A stretch of 64,000 bases of DNA from positions 1,408,001 to 1,472,000 of the forward strand of contig OY968769.1 of the NCBI GenBank assembly GCA_963695345.1, in the 5' to 3' direction. Each line of letters begins with the position of its first letter. Position 1 is the stretch's first letter. The notes under the pieces are model-generated. The model was given only the letters and a program-made list of their open reading frames with translations, searched no databases and had not been told where the DNA came from. Made by a program: the position numbers and the translations under genes. Source of the stretch: an uncultured Methanomassiliicoccales archaeon. Its GTDB lineage: Archaea > Thermoplasmatota > Thermoplasmata > Methanomassiliicoccales > UBA472. Shown in pieces: positions 40,175 through 50,753 of the stretch.

Positions 40175-40363
40175 ACCCCCAAACAGCGAACTGGAGCCTG
40201 GAACGGATCCCCGCCGCACCGGCGAACGTGAAAGGACCGTCATCCAACTACGGGGTCACTCTGAAGGAGATCGAGTTCGAGAAGGACAGTACGGTCGGCT
40301 CATGGACCGGATACCCCTACGTTTCGTTGAAAAAATGAACTACGGATGAACGAACCTCCAAAC

Positions 40364-40398
40364 TCTGGCCCGCCCCCTTTCCTGAAAGGCGGGCCGGA
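40364..40398. terminator. GC-rich stem-loop downstream of smc-scpAB
   Basis: TCTGGCCCGCC ... GGCGGGCCGGA inverted repeat. Confidence 0.45.
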
Positions 40399-40464
40399 AA
40401 CAATTAGAATCTCAGTAGAAAAGCTTTAAATTGGTCAGCCCCAATCCGTGGCTGAGTGATATTA

Positions 40465-40680
40465 ATGGTGATGCCGTTAGCGCTGCTCGAGAAGTCCCTC
40501 AACAAAAAGATCTCCCTTCTATTGAAGGACAACCGGGTTTTAGAGGGAAAGCTCACGGGCTATGACGAGTACATGAACATGGTCCTCGAAGAGACAGAGG
40601 AGCGCACCGCCGACCAGACCCGCAGGATGGGCGTCGTCATTCTACGCGGCAACAACGTTGTGAGCATCTCCCCGCTCTGA
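40465..40680 (+). CDS. Sm-like (Lsm) RNA-binding protein
   Basis: Sm1 GKLTGYDEYMNMVL and Sm2 ILRGNNVVSISP. Confidence 0.93.
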   Translation: MVMPLALLEKSLNKKISLLLKDNRVLEGKLTGYDEYMNMVLEETEERTADQTRRMGVVILRGNNVVSISPL

Positions 40681-40739
40681 AACCCCTAAATCTATTATTA
40701 GCGCAAAGGCACTGTTCCATCTATGGGGGGTCCTACCGA

Positions 40740-41705
40740 ATGAAGGCAGTTATTCTCGCTGGCGGTCTTGGAACGCGGCTAAGGCCTATCACATATAAGA
40801 CACCCAAGCCGCTTGTGCCATTGCTCGGAAAACCGATTGTTATGCATATCATCGATTCATTGCCGCCCCGTGTCGACACGGTCGTGCTGGCAGTGAGCTA
40901 CATGAAAGATGTCCTGGAGGAGTACTTCCAGGTCAATGATTGCGGCAGGAAGGTCATACTGGTCAACGAGACCACCCCTCTGGGCACGGGCGGGGCGGTC
41001 AAGAACGTGGAGGAGCATCTGGACGATACGTTCATCGTCATCAACGGGGACGTCCTCACCTCCATTGACTTCGAGTCAATGGTCAGGTACCACAGGGAAA
41101 AGGGAGGGATAGGGACCATCTCGCTGTGGCAGGTGGAGAACCCTACGGCCTTCGGAGTCGTCGGACTGGACAAGGACCACCGGATCAACATCTTCCAGGA
41201 GAAGCCGTCCCTGGAAGAGGCGGTCTCGAACATGATAAACGCCGGTGTGTACGTCTTCGAACCGGATATGCTGGACAACATAGGCAGGGGTTCGGTCTCC
41301 ATCGAAAAGGAAGTGTTCCCCAAGGTCCTCGACCAAGGGCTTTACGGTTACCAATACGGCGGATACTGGGTGGATTGCGGCACAAGGGAGAGCTACCTGA
41401 AGGCTCAAAGGACATTGATGGACTTCGGGCTGAAGAACAACCAGTCCGCCGTCATGAGCGGCGATGTCAAGCTGGTGGGGCCAGTGGACCTGGCCGGGTC
41501 CAAGCTGGACTCGTGCTCCGTCGGGCCCTATGTGGTCGCCGAGCCGAACGTGACCGTCGGGGCCGGGGCGGAGGTATCCAACAGCGTTCTCATGCGGGGC
41601 GCCACCGTATGTCCCGGGGCGATGGTGCGCAACTCACTGATCGGACCAGGGTTTGTGGTCGAAAAGGACCAAGGCGCCATCGATGTCATCCTGGGCAACC
41701 GGTGA
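40740..41705 (+). CDS. NDP-sugar pyrophosphorylase (mannose-1-phosphate guanylyltransferase-like)
   Basis: ILAGGLGTRLRP, PKPL, LGTGG, NGD and FQEKP motifs, with a beta-helix tail. Confidence 0.9.
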   Translation: MKAVILAGGLGTRLRPITYKTPKPLVPLLGKPIVMHIIDSLPPRVDTVVLAVSYMKDVLEEYFQVNDCGRKVILVNETTPLGTGGAVKNVEEHLDDTFIVINGDVLTSIDFESMVRYHREKGGIGTISLWQVENPTAFGVVGLDKDHRINIFQEKPSLEEAVSNMINAGVYVFEPDMLDNIGRGSVSIEKEVFPKVLDQGLYGYQYGGYWVDCGTRESYLKAQRTLMDFGLKNNQSAVMSGDVKLVGPVDLAGSKLDSCSVGPYVVAEPNVTVGAGAEVSNSVLMRGATVCPGAMVRNSLIGPGFVVEKDQGAIDVILGNR

Positions 41706-41834
41706 AACGCTATCCGACGGACTCGTAGAATATTCTATACGGTACATGTATGGAGTCTCACGGCAGGTATATATCCGCTGATACATTTCCGGGTCTAAGG
41801 CGGGATCAGGCTGGAACGCAAACCACTTGACAAA

Positions 41835-43466
41835 ATGGTCGACCTAGTAAGTGGAAGGCGCTTCCGCAAAGGCTGGACCGGCTTCATTATCTTGTTCTTC
41901 CTGCTGTTCGTCATCCTGCCGACGGTCTGGATCCTATCTTACGCCTTCACCAACTGGGGAGACATCCAGACACGTGTCCTGAACGACCCGGCGATGATGA
42001 CGCTCATCACCGACGCCATCCTGGCGTCGTTCGAGATCGCCGCCATTGTAACTTTCATCGACTTCCTGGTGGGGCTGCCGATGGCCTGGATCCTGGTGCG
42101 GAAGAAGTTCCGTGGGAAACAGCTGTTGGATACCTTGATCGACATGCCGCTGGCCGTTCCCACGGCGGCGCTGGGTTTCTCTGCCGCCATCTTCTGGGCG
42201 GTGACCCCGGCAAGCCTGAGCTCGCCCGGTCTGAGCCTGATCACCAGCCCGATGCTGCTGATCATCCTGCTCCACATCGTCTTCTCATACCCGTACATGG
42301 TCCGTTCCCTGGCCGCGATATTGGAACAGATCGACACCACCTATGAGACGGCCGGTCAGACCCTGGGGGCGAGCAAGCTGACAGCTGTCCGAACCATCAC
42401 CCTGCCGCTGTTCCGCGCAGGCCTGGTCACCGGCATAATCCTGTGCTTCGCCCGTTCTCTCTCGGAGACGGGAGGAACGATGATCGCACTCTCCACCATG
42501 GCCAGCTCCCAGGGGTTCCAGACCGGGCCAACTATAATCGGGACCTGGAAACCTCTCCTGGTGACCCAGCCGGAGCTCACGGCTCCGCTGGCGTTCGTCA
42601 GCATTCTGCTCATTGTCCTCGCCCTGATACTATTGGTGGTCCTGAAGCTGGTGGTCATGAAGGTCAGGCTGCCCAAGGGCAAGGTCTGGCCGAAATGGGA
42701 GAGGATCCTCTCCCGCGGCTTTGTCCCAAAGCTCAAGGACGGCTCGGCCACCATATTCCTGATCGTCCTGGTCCTGATCCCCTCATTCTTCATCTTCTCC
42801 TATGTGGCGACCGCCACTCCTACCTCATCTGATTGGTCTCGGTTCTGGGACAGCCTCGCCTATTCCTTCGTCATTGCCGGCGTGGTCACGCTGATCGACA
42901 TTGTCCTGGGAGTGCCGTTGGCGCTGTACATCGCCCGGCACCGGACCTCGAAATTCTCCGGAGCGCTCGATGTGCTCGTCAACGTGCCGTTGATCGTCCC
43001 TACCGCCGCCCTCGGTTACTCACTCGGGGTCTTCTGGACCGGCCAGAACCTCATACCCACAGTGGACGTGCTCCTCATCATCCTGGCACACGTGGCGTTC
43101 ACCTACCCGTTGGTGGTCCGGAACGTTGCCGGCGCGGTGGAGGAAGTGGATCCTTCCTATGAGGAGACGGCCAGAACATTAGGTGCAAGGCCCGTGCAAG
43201 CTTTCCGCCGGGTGCTGTATCCGATGATCAAGGCATCCATCCTGGCCGGGTCTATCATGGCGTTCACCAGGAGCCTGGGGGAGACCGGGGCGACCCAGGC
43301 GGTGGTGGCCTCGGCGAACACGGCACCGGTGTACATCGTCGCCCTGATCAGCAAGGAGCATGCCTATTACACGGCAGGGCTGGCTTGCATCGTGCTCATA
43401 GCTGTTTCCTTCGTGTTCATGCTCGGCCTGCGCTACATCACCCGCAGGAAGACGGAGGCGAACTGA
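41835..43466 (+). CDS. ABC permease with two fused TM domains (CysT/ModB/FbpB-like)
   Basis: Two repeats of P..VPTAALG, an EAA-like loop (YETAGQTLGA / YEETARTLGA) and RSL.ETG. Confidence 0.88.
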   Translation: MVDLVSGRRFRKGWTGFIILFFLLFVILPTVWILSYAFTNWGDIQTRVLNDPAMMTLITDAILASFEIAAIVTFIDFLVGLPMAWILVRKKFRGKQLLDTLIDMPLAVPTAALGFSAAIFWAVTPASLSSPGLSLITSPMLLIILLHIVFSYPYMVRSLAAILEQIDTTYETAGQTLGASKLTAVRTITLPLFRAGLVTGIILCFARSLSETGGTMIALSTMASSQGFQTGPTIIGTWKPLLVTQPELTAPLAFVSILLIVLALILLVVLKLVVMKVRLPKGKVWPKWERILSRGFVPKLKDGSATIFLIVLVLIPSFFIFSYVATATPTSSDWSRFWDSLAYSFVIAGVVTLIDIVLGVPLALYIARHRTSKFSGALDVLVNVPLIVPTAALGYSLGVFWTGQNLIPTVDVLLIILAHVAFTYPLVVRNVAGAVEEVDPSYEETARTLGARPVQAFRRVLYPMIKASILAGSIMAFTRSLGETGATQAVVASANTAPVYIVALISKEHAYYTAGLACIVLIAVSFVFMLGLRYITRRKTEAN

Positions 43467-44554
43467 TGCCTTCCATTGAGCTTAAAAACATCAAGAAAAC
43501 CTACGGTTCGATCAAGGCGGCCGACGGGCTGGACCTGGAGGTGCGGAACGGAGAGTACCTCTGTCTCCTGGGTCCGACAGGGGCGGGAAAGACCACCACG
43601 CTGCGGGTTCTTGCCGGCCTCATAAAGCCCGACTCAGGGAGCATCACCTTCGACGGGAAGGACATGGCCAGAGTGGAACCGGAGAACAGGAAGGCCGTTC
43701 TCCTGTCACAGACCTATTCCCTGTTCCCTCAGCTCACCGTGGCGGAGAACATCCTGTTCGGCCCTGAGATCAACCGGGAAACGGAAGAGGAGAAGGTCCG
43801 GACCCTCTCCGATATGCTGGACATGGTCCGGTTGACCACCCGGGCGGATGCCCTTCCGAGGGAGCTCAGCGGAGGCATGCAGCAGCGCACTGCCCTGGCC
43901 CGCGCCCTGGCCTCGGGAGCGGACACGCTGCTCCTGGATGAGCCGCTCCGCGCCCTGGACGCCCGGCTGAGGATCAGCCTGAGGTACGAGCTCCGTTCCT
44001 TGGCCAAGGCGCTCGGGATCACCACGGTGCATGTCACCCACGATCAGGACGAGGCTCTGGTGATGGCGGACCGCATCGCCGTCATAAGGGAAGGGAAGAT
44101 CCTGCAGATCGGGACCCCGGGAGAGGTCTTCGACAATCCTAACTCCCCGTTCATAGCGAACTTCGTGGGCCAATCCAATTTCTTCACCGGCAAGGTGGTG
44201 CAGAAGAGGGAGTCGACCCGAGTGTCGGACGGTCATTTTGAGGTGGAGGCCCGGCCGTCAAATATCGACGTGGGCGAGGAGGCGGTGGTCGGTATCAAGG
44301 TGGGCAACACCGAGGTGCATAAGGACCAGCCAGGATTCTTCTCGGGTACGATAGAGCGCATCCTGTTCGAAGGCCGGAACCTGCACGTCGACGTGGCCGT
44401 CGAGGAGATCGGCCGTTTCTCCGCCAAGGTCCCCTCCTGGCGTATGGGTAAGTTGGCGATGGGGGACAAGGTCAATATCAAATGGAACTGGGACAAGGCG
44501 ACGGTGTTCAGGATGCCGGAGAAGGGACTCCACGAAGAGCTGAAGGTGGAATAA
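43466..44554 (+). CDS. ABC ATPase (PotA/CysA-like)
   Basis: GPTGAGKT, LSGGMQQR, LLLDEP and HVTHDQ motifs. Confidence 0.92.
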   Translation: MPSIELKNIKKTYGSIKAADGLDLEVRNGEYLCLLGPTGAGKTTTLRVLAGLIKPDSGSITFDGKDMARVEPENRKAVLLSQTYSLFPQLTVAENILFGPEINRETEEEKVRTLSDMLDMVRLTTRADALPRELSGGMQQRTALARALASGADTLLLDEPLRALDARLRISLRYELRSLAKALGITTVHVTHDQDEALVMADRIAVIREGKILQIGTPGEVFDNPNSPFIANFVGQSNFFTGKVVQKRESTRVSDGHFEVEARPSNIDVGEEAVVGIKVGNTEVHKDQPGFFSGTIERILFEGRNLHVDVAVEEIGRFSAKVPSWRMGKLAMGDKVNIKWNWDKATVFRMPEKGLHEELKVE

Positions 44555-45640
44555 ATGCCGGCGATAGAACTGAAGGGCGTTTCCAAATTCTACGGCAAAC
44601 TGGCGGCGGTGGACCATGTTGACCTGAGGATCGAGGAGGGGGAGTACATCACCATACTCGGACCTTCAGGATGTGGAAAGACCACGCTCATCCGCATGAT
44701 CGCCGGCATCATCACGCCCACCGATGGAATGGTCACCATCGGCGGAAGGGACATGAACGGGGTGCCCATCGAGGACCGGGACATCGGATATGTGTTCCAG
44801 AACATCGCCCTGTTCCCGAACCTGACCGTTCAGGACAACGTCTCCTTTTCCCCCCGGGTCAAGGGCAAGGAGATAGAGGAGCAGAACAGCATCGCGCACA
44901 AGTACCTGGAACTGGTGAAGCTCCTGGACAAGATGGAAATGTTCCCGCATGAGCTGTGCGGGGGCGAGCAGCAGAAAGTTTCATTGGCCCGGGCGTTGGC
45001 CACCGGTTCGAAGGTGATCCTGCTGGACGAGCCGCTCTCCGCCCTGGACGCGCGAGTTCGTGTCGACCTCCGTTACGACCTGAGGCGCCTGGTGAAGTCC
45101 CTGGGAATAACCACGGTCCACGTTACCCATGACCAGGAGGAGGCGATGTCGGTCTCCGACCGGATCGTTCTGATGAAGAAGGGTTCGGTGGTGGAGATAG
45201 GTACACCGGAGCAGCTTTACACCAAGCCGCTCAGGATATTCACCGCCAACTTCATCGGAGAGACCAACCTATTGGAGGGTTGGATAAAGTCCATGAGCGA
45301 CGGCATAACGAAGATCGAGCTGAGGGACGATTCCATCGTCGAGGTCCTTGGCTCCACCATGAGGGCAGGGGACCCGGTGGTGGTATCGGTGCGTCCAGAG
45401 TTTGTCTTCCCCTATACCAGCGGATTGCACGCGACCATAACCACCATCACCTACATGGGCACGTACTGGCATATCCAGGCCTTGGCGGACAGCCAGGACC
45501 GCATGGATTTCGATGTTCCGACATCAGATGGAAACCTGTATCACGTAGGTCAGGAGATTTACCTCATGATCAATAAAAGGGCGGCAGTGGTCTATCCTCG
45601 GCCGATAGAGGGAATTGCGGAGGCTGTGAAACTTGAGTGA
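44555..45640 (+). CDS. Second ABC ATPase (PotA/CysA-like, TOBE tail)
   Basis: GPSGCGKT, variant signature LCGGEQQK, LLDEP and HVTHDQEEA. Confidence 0.92.
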   Translation: MPAIELKGVSKFYGKLAAVDHVDLRIEEGEYITILGPSGCGKTTLIRMIAGIITPTDGMVTIGGRDMNGVPIEDRDIGYVFQNIALFPNLTVQDNVSFSPRVKGKEIEEQNSIAHKYLELVKLLDKMEMFPHELCGGEQQKVSLARALATGSKVILLDEPLSALDARVRVDLRYDLRRLVKSLGITTVHVTHDQEEAMSVSDRIVLMKKGSVVEIGTPEQLYTKPLRIFTANFIGETNLLEGWIKSMSDGITKIELRDDSIVEVLGSTMRAGDPVVVSVRPEFVFPYTSGLHATITTITYMGTYWHIQALADSQDRMDFDVPTSDGNLYHVGQEIYLMINKRAAVVYPRPIEGIAEAVKLE

Positions 45641-46322
45641 CAATAAGGGAACAATACTGGACTGGTTCAAGGTCCGACGCGAGTCGGTCATCATGAAAGG
45701 GGTCCGGGACCATGCGCAGAAGATCGGAGACACGGTGTCCGAGCTCAACCGGGCCCTGGCGGCTCTGTGCGACAATGACAAGGAAAGGGCGCTGGACGCC
45801 ATTCGGCGGCTGATATACTCGGAGAAGGAAGCGGACAACCTGGAGGAGATGATATCCGAGGAACTCTCCAAGGGGGACATGGAGCCCAAGGAACGGGAGG
45901 ACCTTCTGCATCTGACCCAGAACATGGACAACGTGGCCGACTGGGCCAAGGAGGCGGGCATGAACCTGCAACTGGTCATCGAGGCCAACGTAAGTGTTCC
46001 GCTCTCCATGTGGAGGAAGTATGCGGAGATGACCAAGGAGCTGGATTTCACAGCCAAGCAACTGCGCAACTGTGTCGATTCCCTCGGCGTCAACAGCGAT
46101 GCCGTGATCACCTACGGTAAGAGCGTGAGCGTATCCGAGCACAAACTGGATGAGATGTACTTCTCCACCAAGAAGGAGATCCTCTTCGCCGAACTGGACC
46201 CCCGCGCCATCTATCTAATGCGGGACCTGCTGCACGGCATCGAGAACTCTTCCGATTCGTGCAAGGACTCCGCAGACATTATCCATATCCTGGTGATATC
46301 CCAGCTCCACAAGGCAAGGTGA
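45633..46322 (+). CDS. DUF47 (PhoU-like) protein
   Basis: EKEAD...REDLL.L....DNVAD and EHKLD...IENSSD..KD repeats. Confidence 0.83.
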   Translation: MSDNKGTILDWFKVRRESVIMKGVRDHAQKIGDTVSELNRALAALCDNDKERALDAIRRLIYSEKEADNLEEMISEELSKGDMEPKEREDLLHLTQNMDNVADWAKEAGMNLQLVIEANVSVPLSMWRKYAEMTKELDFTAKQLRNCVDSLGVNSDAVITYGKSVSVSEHKLDEMYFSTKKEILFAELDPRAIYLMRDLLHGIENSSDSCKDSADIIHILVISQLHKAR

Positions 46323-46325
46323 ACT

Positions 46326-47675
46326 ATGACGGCCAGACTCTTCGGGACCAATGGAATCAGGGGCGTTGTCAATCAGGAAATGAACGCATCGTTCGCGTTG
46401 GAAGTGGGCGCCGCCATTGGCACCTTCATGTCCGGCAAGGTGGCCATCGCCACCGATTGCCGCACCTCCGCCGATATGATCAAGAGCGCAGTGGCCGCCG
46501 GTCTGATGGCCAGTGGGGTCAGCGTCCTGGACCTGGGCATGCTTCCTACTCCGGCGCTGCAGTACTATGTCAAGAATTCCGGTGTCAAGGGCGGTGTGAT
46601 GATCACAGCCTCACATAACCCCCCGGAGTTCAACGGGATCAAGTGCGTCGACTCCGACGGCACCGAGATGCCGCGGGAGAAGGAAGAGAAGATCGAGGAG
46701 ATATATTTCAACCGATCCGCCGTCCACAAGAACTGGAAGTCGGTCGGGTCGATCGGTCCGATCGAAGGTGTCGCCCGTTCGTACGCCGCCGCCATCAAAC
46801 AGCTGGTGAACGTCGAGGCCATTTCCTCGGCCAAGATGAACGTCGTCCTGGACTGCGCCAATGGCGCCGCCACCGCGACCTCACCGGACCTGCTGGCAGA
46901 CCTGGGGGTGCGCGTCATATCCCTCAACTCGAACCCGCAGGGCACATTCCCCGGGCATCCCTCCGAGCCCACAGCTGATAACCTTAAGGACCTGATGGCC
47001 ACCGTCAAGGCGACCGGCGCCGACCTGGGCGTGGCCCACGACGGAGACGCGGACCGTACCATATTCGTCGATGACAAGGGCAACTTCGTCTTCGGCGACC
47101 GGTCCCTGGCCATAGTCGCCAGGCACATTGTAAGGAAGAACGGGGGAGGGACAGTGGTGACCCCGGTCAGCTCTTCCTCCTGCGTTGAGGACGTGGTCAG
47201 GGCCGAAGGGGGAGATGTCATCTACACCCGGGTGGGCTCCCCGGTCGTGGCCAGGAAGATGATCGAGGTCGGGGCCATCTTCGGCGGTGAGGAGAATGGA
47301 GGCCTGATCTTCCCCGAGCATCAGTACTGCCGGGACGGAGGAATGACCGCCGCCAAGATGCTGGAGATCGTTGCCACGGAAGGGCCGCTGTCCAAGCTCC
47401 TGTCGACCATCCCCGAGTACTATCTGGACAAGCGCAAGATGGAATGTCCAGAGGTCAGGAAGGAAGAGGTGCTGACGCTCATCGTGGAGGCTTTCTCGGA
47501 CGAAAAGGTCGACACCACCGACGGGGTCAAGGTCTATTTCGGTGATGGGTGGACATTGATCCGGCCATCAGGCACCGAGCCGATCTTCCGGATATTCTCC
47601 GAGGCCAAGAGCATCGAGGCGGCAAGGAAGTGCGGCGACCGGTGCGAGAAGGCGCTGAAAGAGATACTGGAGTAA
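46326..47675 (+). CDS. glmM: Phosphohexomutase (GlmM/PMM-PGM)
   Basis: LFGTNGIRG, TASHNP, DGDADR, GEENGG and RPSGTEP motifs. Confidence 0.88.
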   Translation: MTARLFGTNGIRGVVNQEMNASFALEVGAAIGTFMSGKVAIATDCRTSADMIKSAVAAGLMASGVSVLDLGMLPTPALQYYVKNSGVKGGVMITASHNPPEFNGIKCVDSDGTEMPREKEEKIEEIYFNRSAVHKNWKSVGSIGPIEGVARSYAAAIKQLVNVEAISSAKMNVVLDCANGAATATSPDLLADLGVRVISLNSNPQGTFPGHPSEPTADNLKDLMATVKATGADLGVAHDGDADRTIFVDDKGNFVFGDRSLAIVARHIVRKNGGGTVVTPVSSSSCVEDVVRAEGGDVIYTRVGSPVVARKMIEVGAIFGGEENGGLIFPEHQYCRDGGMTAAKMLEIVATEGPLSKLLSTIPEYYLDKRKMECPEVRKEEVLTLIVEAFSDEKVDTTDGVKVYFGDGWTLIRPSGTEPIFRIFSEAKSIEAARKCGDRCEKALKEILE

Positions 47676-47715
47676 ACCTTTTCTCGTTCTCCCAAAGAAC
47701 GGAGGACGATATGCC

Positions 47716-48573
47716 CTACTTTTTGCCGGCGTGCTTCCAGACGACGCAGATTACTTCCTGTATCATCCTGGCACCGAGAGCGGCGGTATTGCCATGGTCG
47801 TATGGCGGGGAGATCTCGTTCACGTCAAAACCGACCATTCTCTCGCCGAGCATGTTGATGCACTTCTTTACATCGTAGGAACTCAGGCCGAACGGTTCCG
47901 GAGTTCCGGTCCCGGGTGCGTACGCCGGGTCGATGCCATCGATGTCCAGGGAGAAATAGACCTTCTCCTTGCGCATCATGTTCATGGCCCTCTTCCATGA
48001 GGTCTCGAGGCCCTGGTCGTGGATCTGGTAGGCATCGATGTAGTTGGGCATCTTGTTCTTCTTCTCATCGGCCGAGATCGACCTGACCCCGAAGGGCAGC
48101 ACGTTCTCAATGCCCACATGGTCGGCCGCCCTCCTCATGACGCAGGCATGGGACATCCGGTTGCCCATGTACTCATCCCGGAAGTCGAGATGGGCATCGA
48201 TCGAGATGACCCCGATATCGTCGAAGGCCTCGATGACTGGTATGGAAATGGAATGCTCCCCGCCGATGAATATCGGGAACTTGCCCGCGGATATGATGCT
48301 CTTCGCCTCCGCCTTGGTGGCCTTGAACATCTCTTCGGCGGTGCCGCACTGCTCTATGTTACCGGCGTCGTGGATCGGGATATCGACCAGGTTAGTGTCG
48401 TGCTCAAAAAGATAGCTCTCGAAATTGTAAGAGGCTTCCCTGACGGCGTTCGGACCGGCCCTGGTGCCGGAGCGGAACGAGGTGGTCCTGTCAAAGGGCA
48501 CACCGACGATGACGAAGTGCGCCTTTTCGAATGAGGCCCTTGCCTCGTTGAACGAAACACCGGGGAGGACCAT
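47716..48573 (-). CDS. speB: Agmatinase-family ureohydrolase
   Basis: GGEHS, DAHLD and SLDIDGIDPAYAPGTGTPE motifs. Confidence 0.92.
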   Translation of the reverse strand: MVLPGVSFNEARASFEKAHFVIVGVPFDRTTSFRSGTRAGPNAVREASYNFESYLFEHDTNLVDIPIHDAGNIEQCGTAEEMFKATKAEAKSIISAGKFPIFIGGEHSISIPVIEAFDDIGVISIDAHLDFRDEYMGNRMSHACVMRRAADHVGIENVLPFGVRSISADEKKNKMPNYIDAYQIHDQGLETSWKRAMNMMRKEKVYFSLDIDGIDPAYAPGTGTPEPFGLSSYDVKKCINMLGERMVGFDVNEISPPYDHGNTAALGARMIQEVICVVWKHAGKK

Positions 48574-48595
48574 CTTCGGCTACCTTCTGGTCCGT

Positions 48596-48982
48596 TCAGA
48601 CCTTGGTGATCTTCCGGCGGTCCATGGCAACGAGATACATGATCTCCTCGCCGTTCGTGAACTGTCCCTTGAACTCATCCGGGACTGGAAGCTGGAATGT
48701 CTCGTAGGTCTCCAGGTCCATTAATTGGATCTCGTCGCCCATAACGGCTAGGACCTGTGCCTTCCGCTTGTCGATCATGGGGACCTGGACCTTGTGCTTC
48801 ACCGGGTGAACGATCTGGCGCTTCTTGTTGTCGAATATTCCAATGGCGTCGATGTTCGCCTTCGCTTCTCCATGCTTCCCTGGCTTGGATGTGGAAATGT
48901 TAACGATCTTGCAAGGCTCACTGTCAATGAGCATGTAACGTCCTTCCTTAAGTTCACGGACTTCCTGTTGCGTCCACGACAT
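48596..48982 (-). CDS. eif5a: Translation factor aIF5A
   Basis: Hypusine loop [10 protein letters not shown] and [10 protein letters not shown]. Confidence 0.96.
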   Translation of the reverse strand: MSWTQQEVRELKEGRYMLIDSEPCKIVNISTSKPGKHGEAKANIDAIGIFDNKKRQIVHPVKHKVQVPMIDKRKAQVLAVMGDEIQLMDLETYETFQLPVPDEFKGQFTNGEEIMYLVAMDRRKITKV

Positions 48983-49020
48983 ATCAATCAAGCAGGGAAT
49001 TGAGCGAGTGCTTATATAAC

Positions 49021-50085
49021 TTACCTTCTCCCCTTTCGGTCGTTATTCCATCTGGGTCTCGGAGCTGGCGCGCGCTTGGGCGGATTGGGGTACTTTTTCT
49101 GCACCTCTTCGACGCGCAGCTCCATCTGCTTCTTCAGCTGGTCGCCGATGAAATCGCCCTTATAATAGTCGACCTTGCAGGCGATGGAGATCTTGCCTCC
49201 CAGGGAACGGGCCACCTTGCCTCTCTGCCAGTACGGCGCCCGGTTGATCCATGGGTGCTGGAAAATGATGCCGTGCTTGGGCGGCCTCTTGCCCGAGCGC
49301 AGGTGCATGAACATGGCCTTCTCGGCCCCCAGCAGTTGGACCGTGCTCGCCGGCAATTTGGTCAACCGGGCCAACCCCCCGGAGAGCGAGATCAATCGGG
49401 CCGCCAGGTTCGCCGATAGCAGGGCGGTCATGTTAGGCGCGACCTTCTGCATGCCCTCGGAGATGTAGTGGTCCAGGTCGGCCTTGCGCTGATACAGCTC
49501 GAAGAGCGTCCCGGCCACCGAACGGATGATGTTGATGTCCTCCTCGGCCATCTCGGAACCGACCGATTCGAGTTCCACCTGGAGTTCGTCCAGGACCTTG
49601 TCCCGGTCCCCGTACTTGGATATCAGCTCCACATACCGCTCGTCCAGCGCATAATCGGATAGCTCAGGGAAGTGAAGGCCGTACCATTCGTGCATCCGTT
49701 CGTTCATCAGGTTGATGGTTACGATGATGTCGTCCTGAGCCCTTATCGCCTGGGCGATGCACTTGTCCTCGCTCAAAGGTTCCCGGGTACGTACCTTGCC
49801 CAGTTCGACCATGACCTTCTGCATGAATCCGGGCTCGATCCCGTAGGCATCTGGACGTATGAATGAAGAATCGAAGACGGTGGGCTTCCCCAGCTTCTTC
49901 AGTCTGACGTCGGCGACCTTCATCCTTCTGACGGCCAGGCTACGTTCCTCCGGGAGTATCTCCCCCTTCTGGATAGCGGCTAGCTTCTTCGCCACCGATT
50001 TCGGGTCCTTGTCGAACAGCTGGAACTTCCTGACTGTTACATCCTCGCAGAGAAAGACGCCGAACCATTTGGTGACAAGTATCAT
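49021..50085 (-). CDS. nop5: Box C/D sRNP protein Nop5
   Basis: [23 protein letters not shown] and [11 protein letters not shown] motifs. Confidence 0.94.
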   Translation of the reverse strand: MILVTKWFGVFLCEDVTVRKFQLFDKDPKSVAKKLAAIQKGEILPEERSLAVRRMKVADVRLKKLGKPTVFDSSFIRPDAYGIEPGFMQKVMVELGKVRTREPLSEDKCIAQAIRAQDDIIVTINLMNERMHEWYGLHFPELSDYALDERYVELISKYGDRDKVLDELQVELESVGSEMAEEDINIIRSVAGTLFELYQRKADLDHYISEGMQKVAPNMTALLSANLAARLISLSGGLARLTKLPASTVQLLGAEKAMFMHLRSGKRPPKHGIIFQHPWINRAPYWQRGKVARSLGGKISIACKVDYYKGDFIGDQLKKQMELRVEEVQKKYPNPPKRAPAPRPRWNNDRKGRR

Positions 50086-50129
50086 CGTGTTGTGAATGGC
50101 ATAGGCTATTAATCATTTTGCCGCGGCGC

Positions 50130-50753
50130 TCACTCCTTGAGTATGCGGCGGACCTCGTCCGCGGGCAGAGGCTCGGCCCCGCCCAACGCGCTCAGGTTGA
50201 ACCGCAGCTGGGCCATGAACTCCAGGGTCTCCATCCGGTGGAAGGCCTCGGTCATGTTCCGGCCGACGGCGATGGCCCCATGCTTCTCCAGGAGGAAGGC
50301 ATCCGAGGTCCTGAGCGCATCGGAGAGGGCGCTGGCCAGATCGTCAGTCCCGGGAGTGGCGTAAGGCACCATCGGGACCTCCCGCCCCAATACCAGCAGA
50401 CCTTCGGGAGTCAGGTCAGGCTGGACCTTTATGCCTTTGACCGCCAGGGCGGTGCAGTAGACCGGATGGGTGTGGATGACCGCGTTGACCTCCGGCCTGG
50501 CCCGATAGAAGGCCAGGTGGAACGGGGTCTCGATCGAGGGTCGGCCGGCGCCCAGCACGTTCCCGTTCCTGATGTCGATGGTCACGATCTTGTCCTCTTC
50601 CAGCATTCCTTTGCATGTATTGGTCGGGGTGATCAGCATGGTCTCGTTCTCCCCCCGGGCGCTGATATTGCCGGCGGTGCCGACAGTCAGGCCTTTCTGA
50701 TAGAGCAGCTTGCCATACTGCACGATCTGCTCCCTCGCCTTTTGACTGGTCAT
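50130..50753 (-). CDS. Class II aldolase/adducin (FucA/MtnB family)
   Basis: GNISAR, PSIE...H, HTHP and LLEKHG motifs; overlaps mtnA. Confidence 0.9.
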   Translation of the reverse strand: MTSQKAREQIVQYGKLLYQKGLTVGTAGNISARGENETMLITPTNTCKGMLEEDKIVTIDIRNGNVLGAGRPSIETPFHLAFYRARPEVNAVIHTHPVYCTALAVKGIKVQPDLTPEGLLVLGREVPMVPYATPGTDDLASALSDALRTSDAFLLEKHGAIAVGRNMTEAFHRMETLEFMAQLRFNLSALGGAEPLPADEVRRILKE

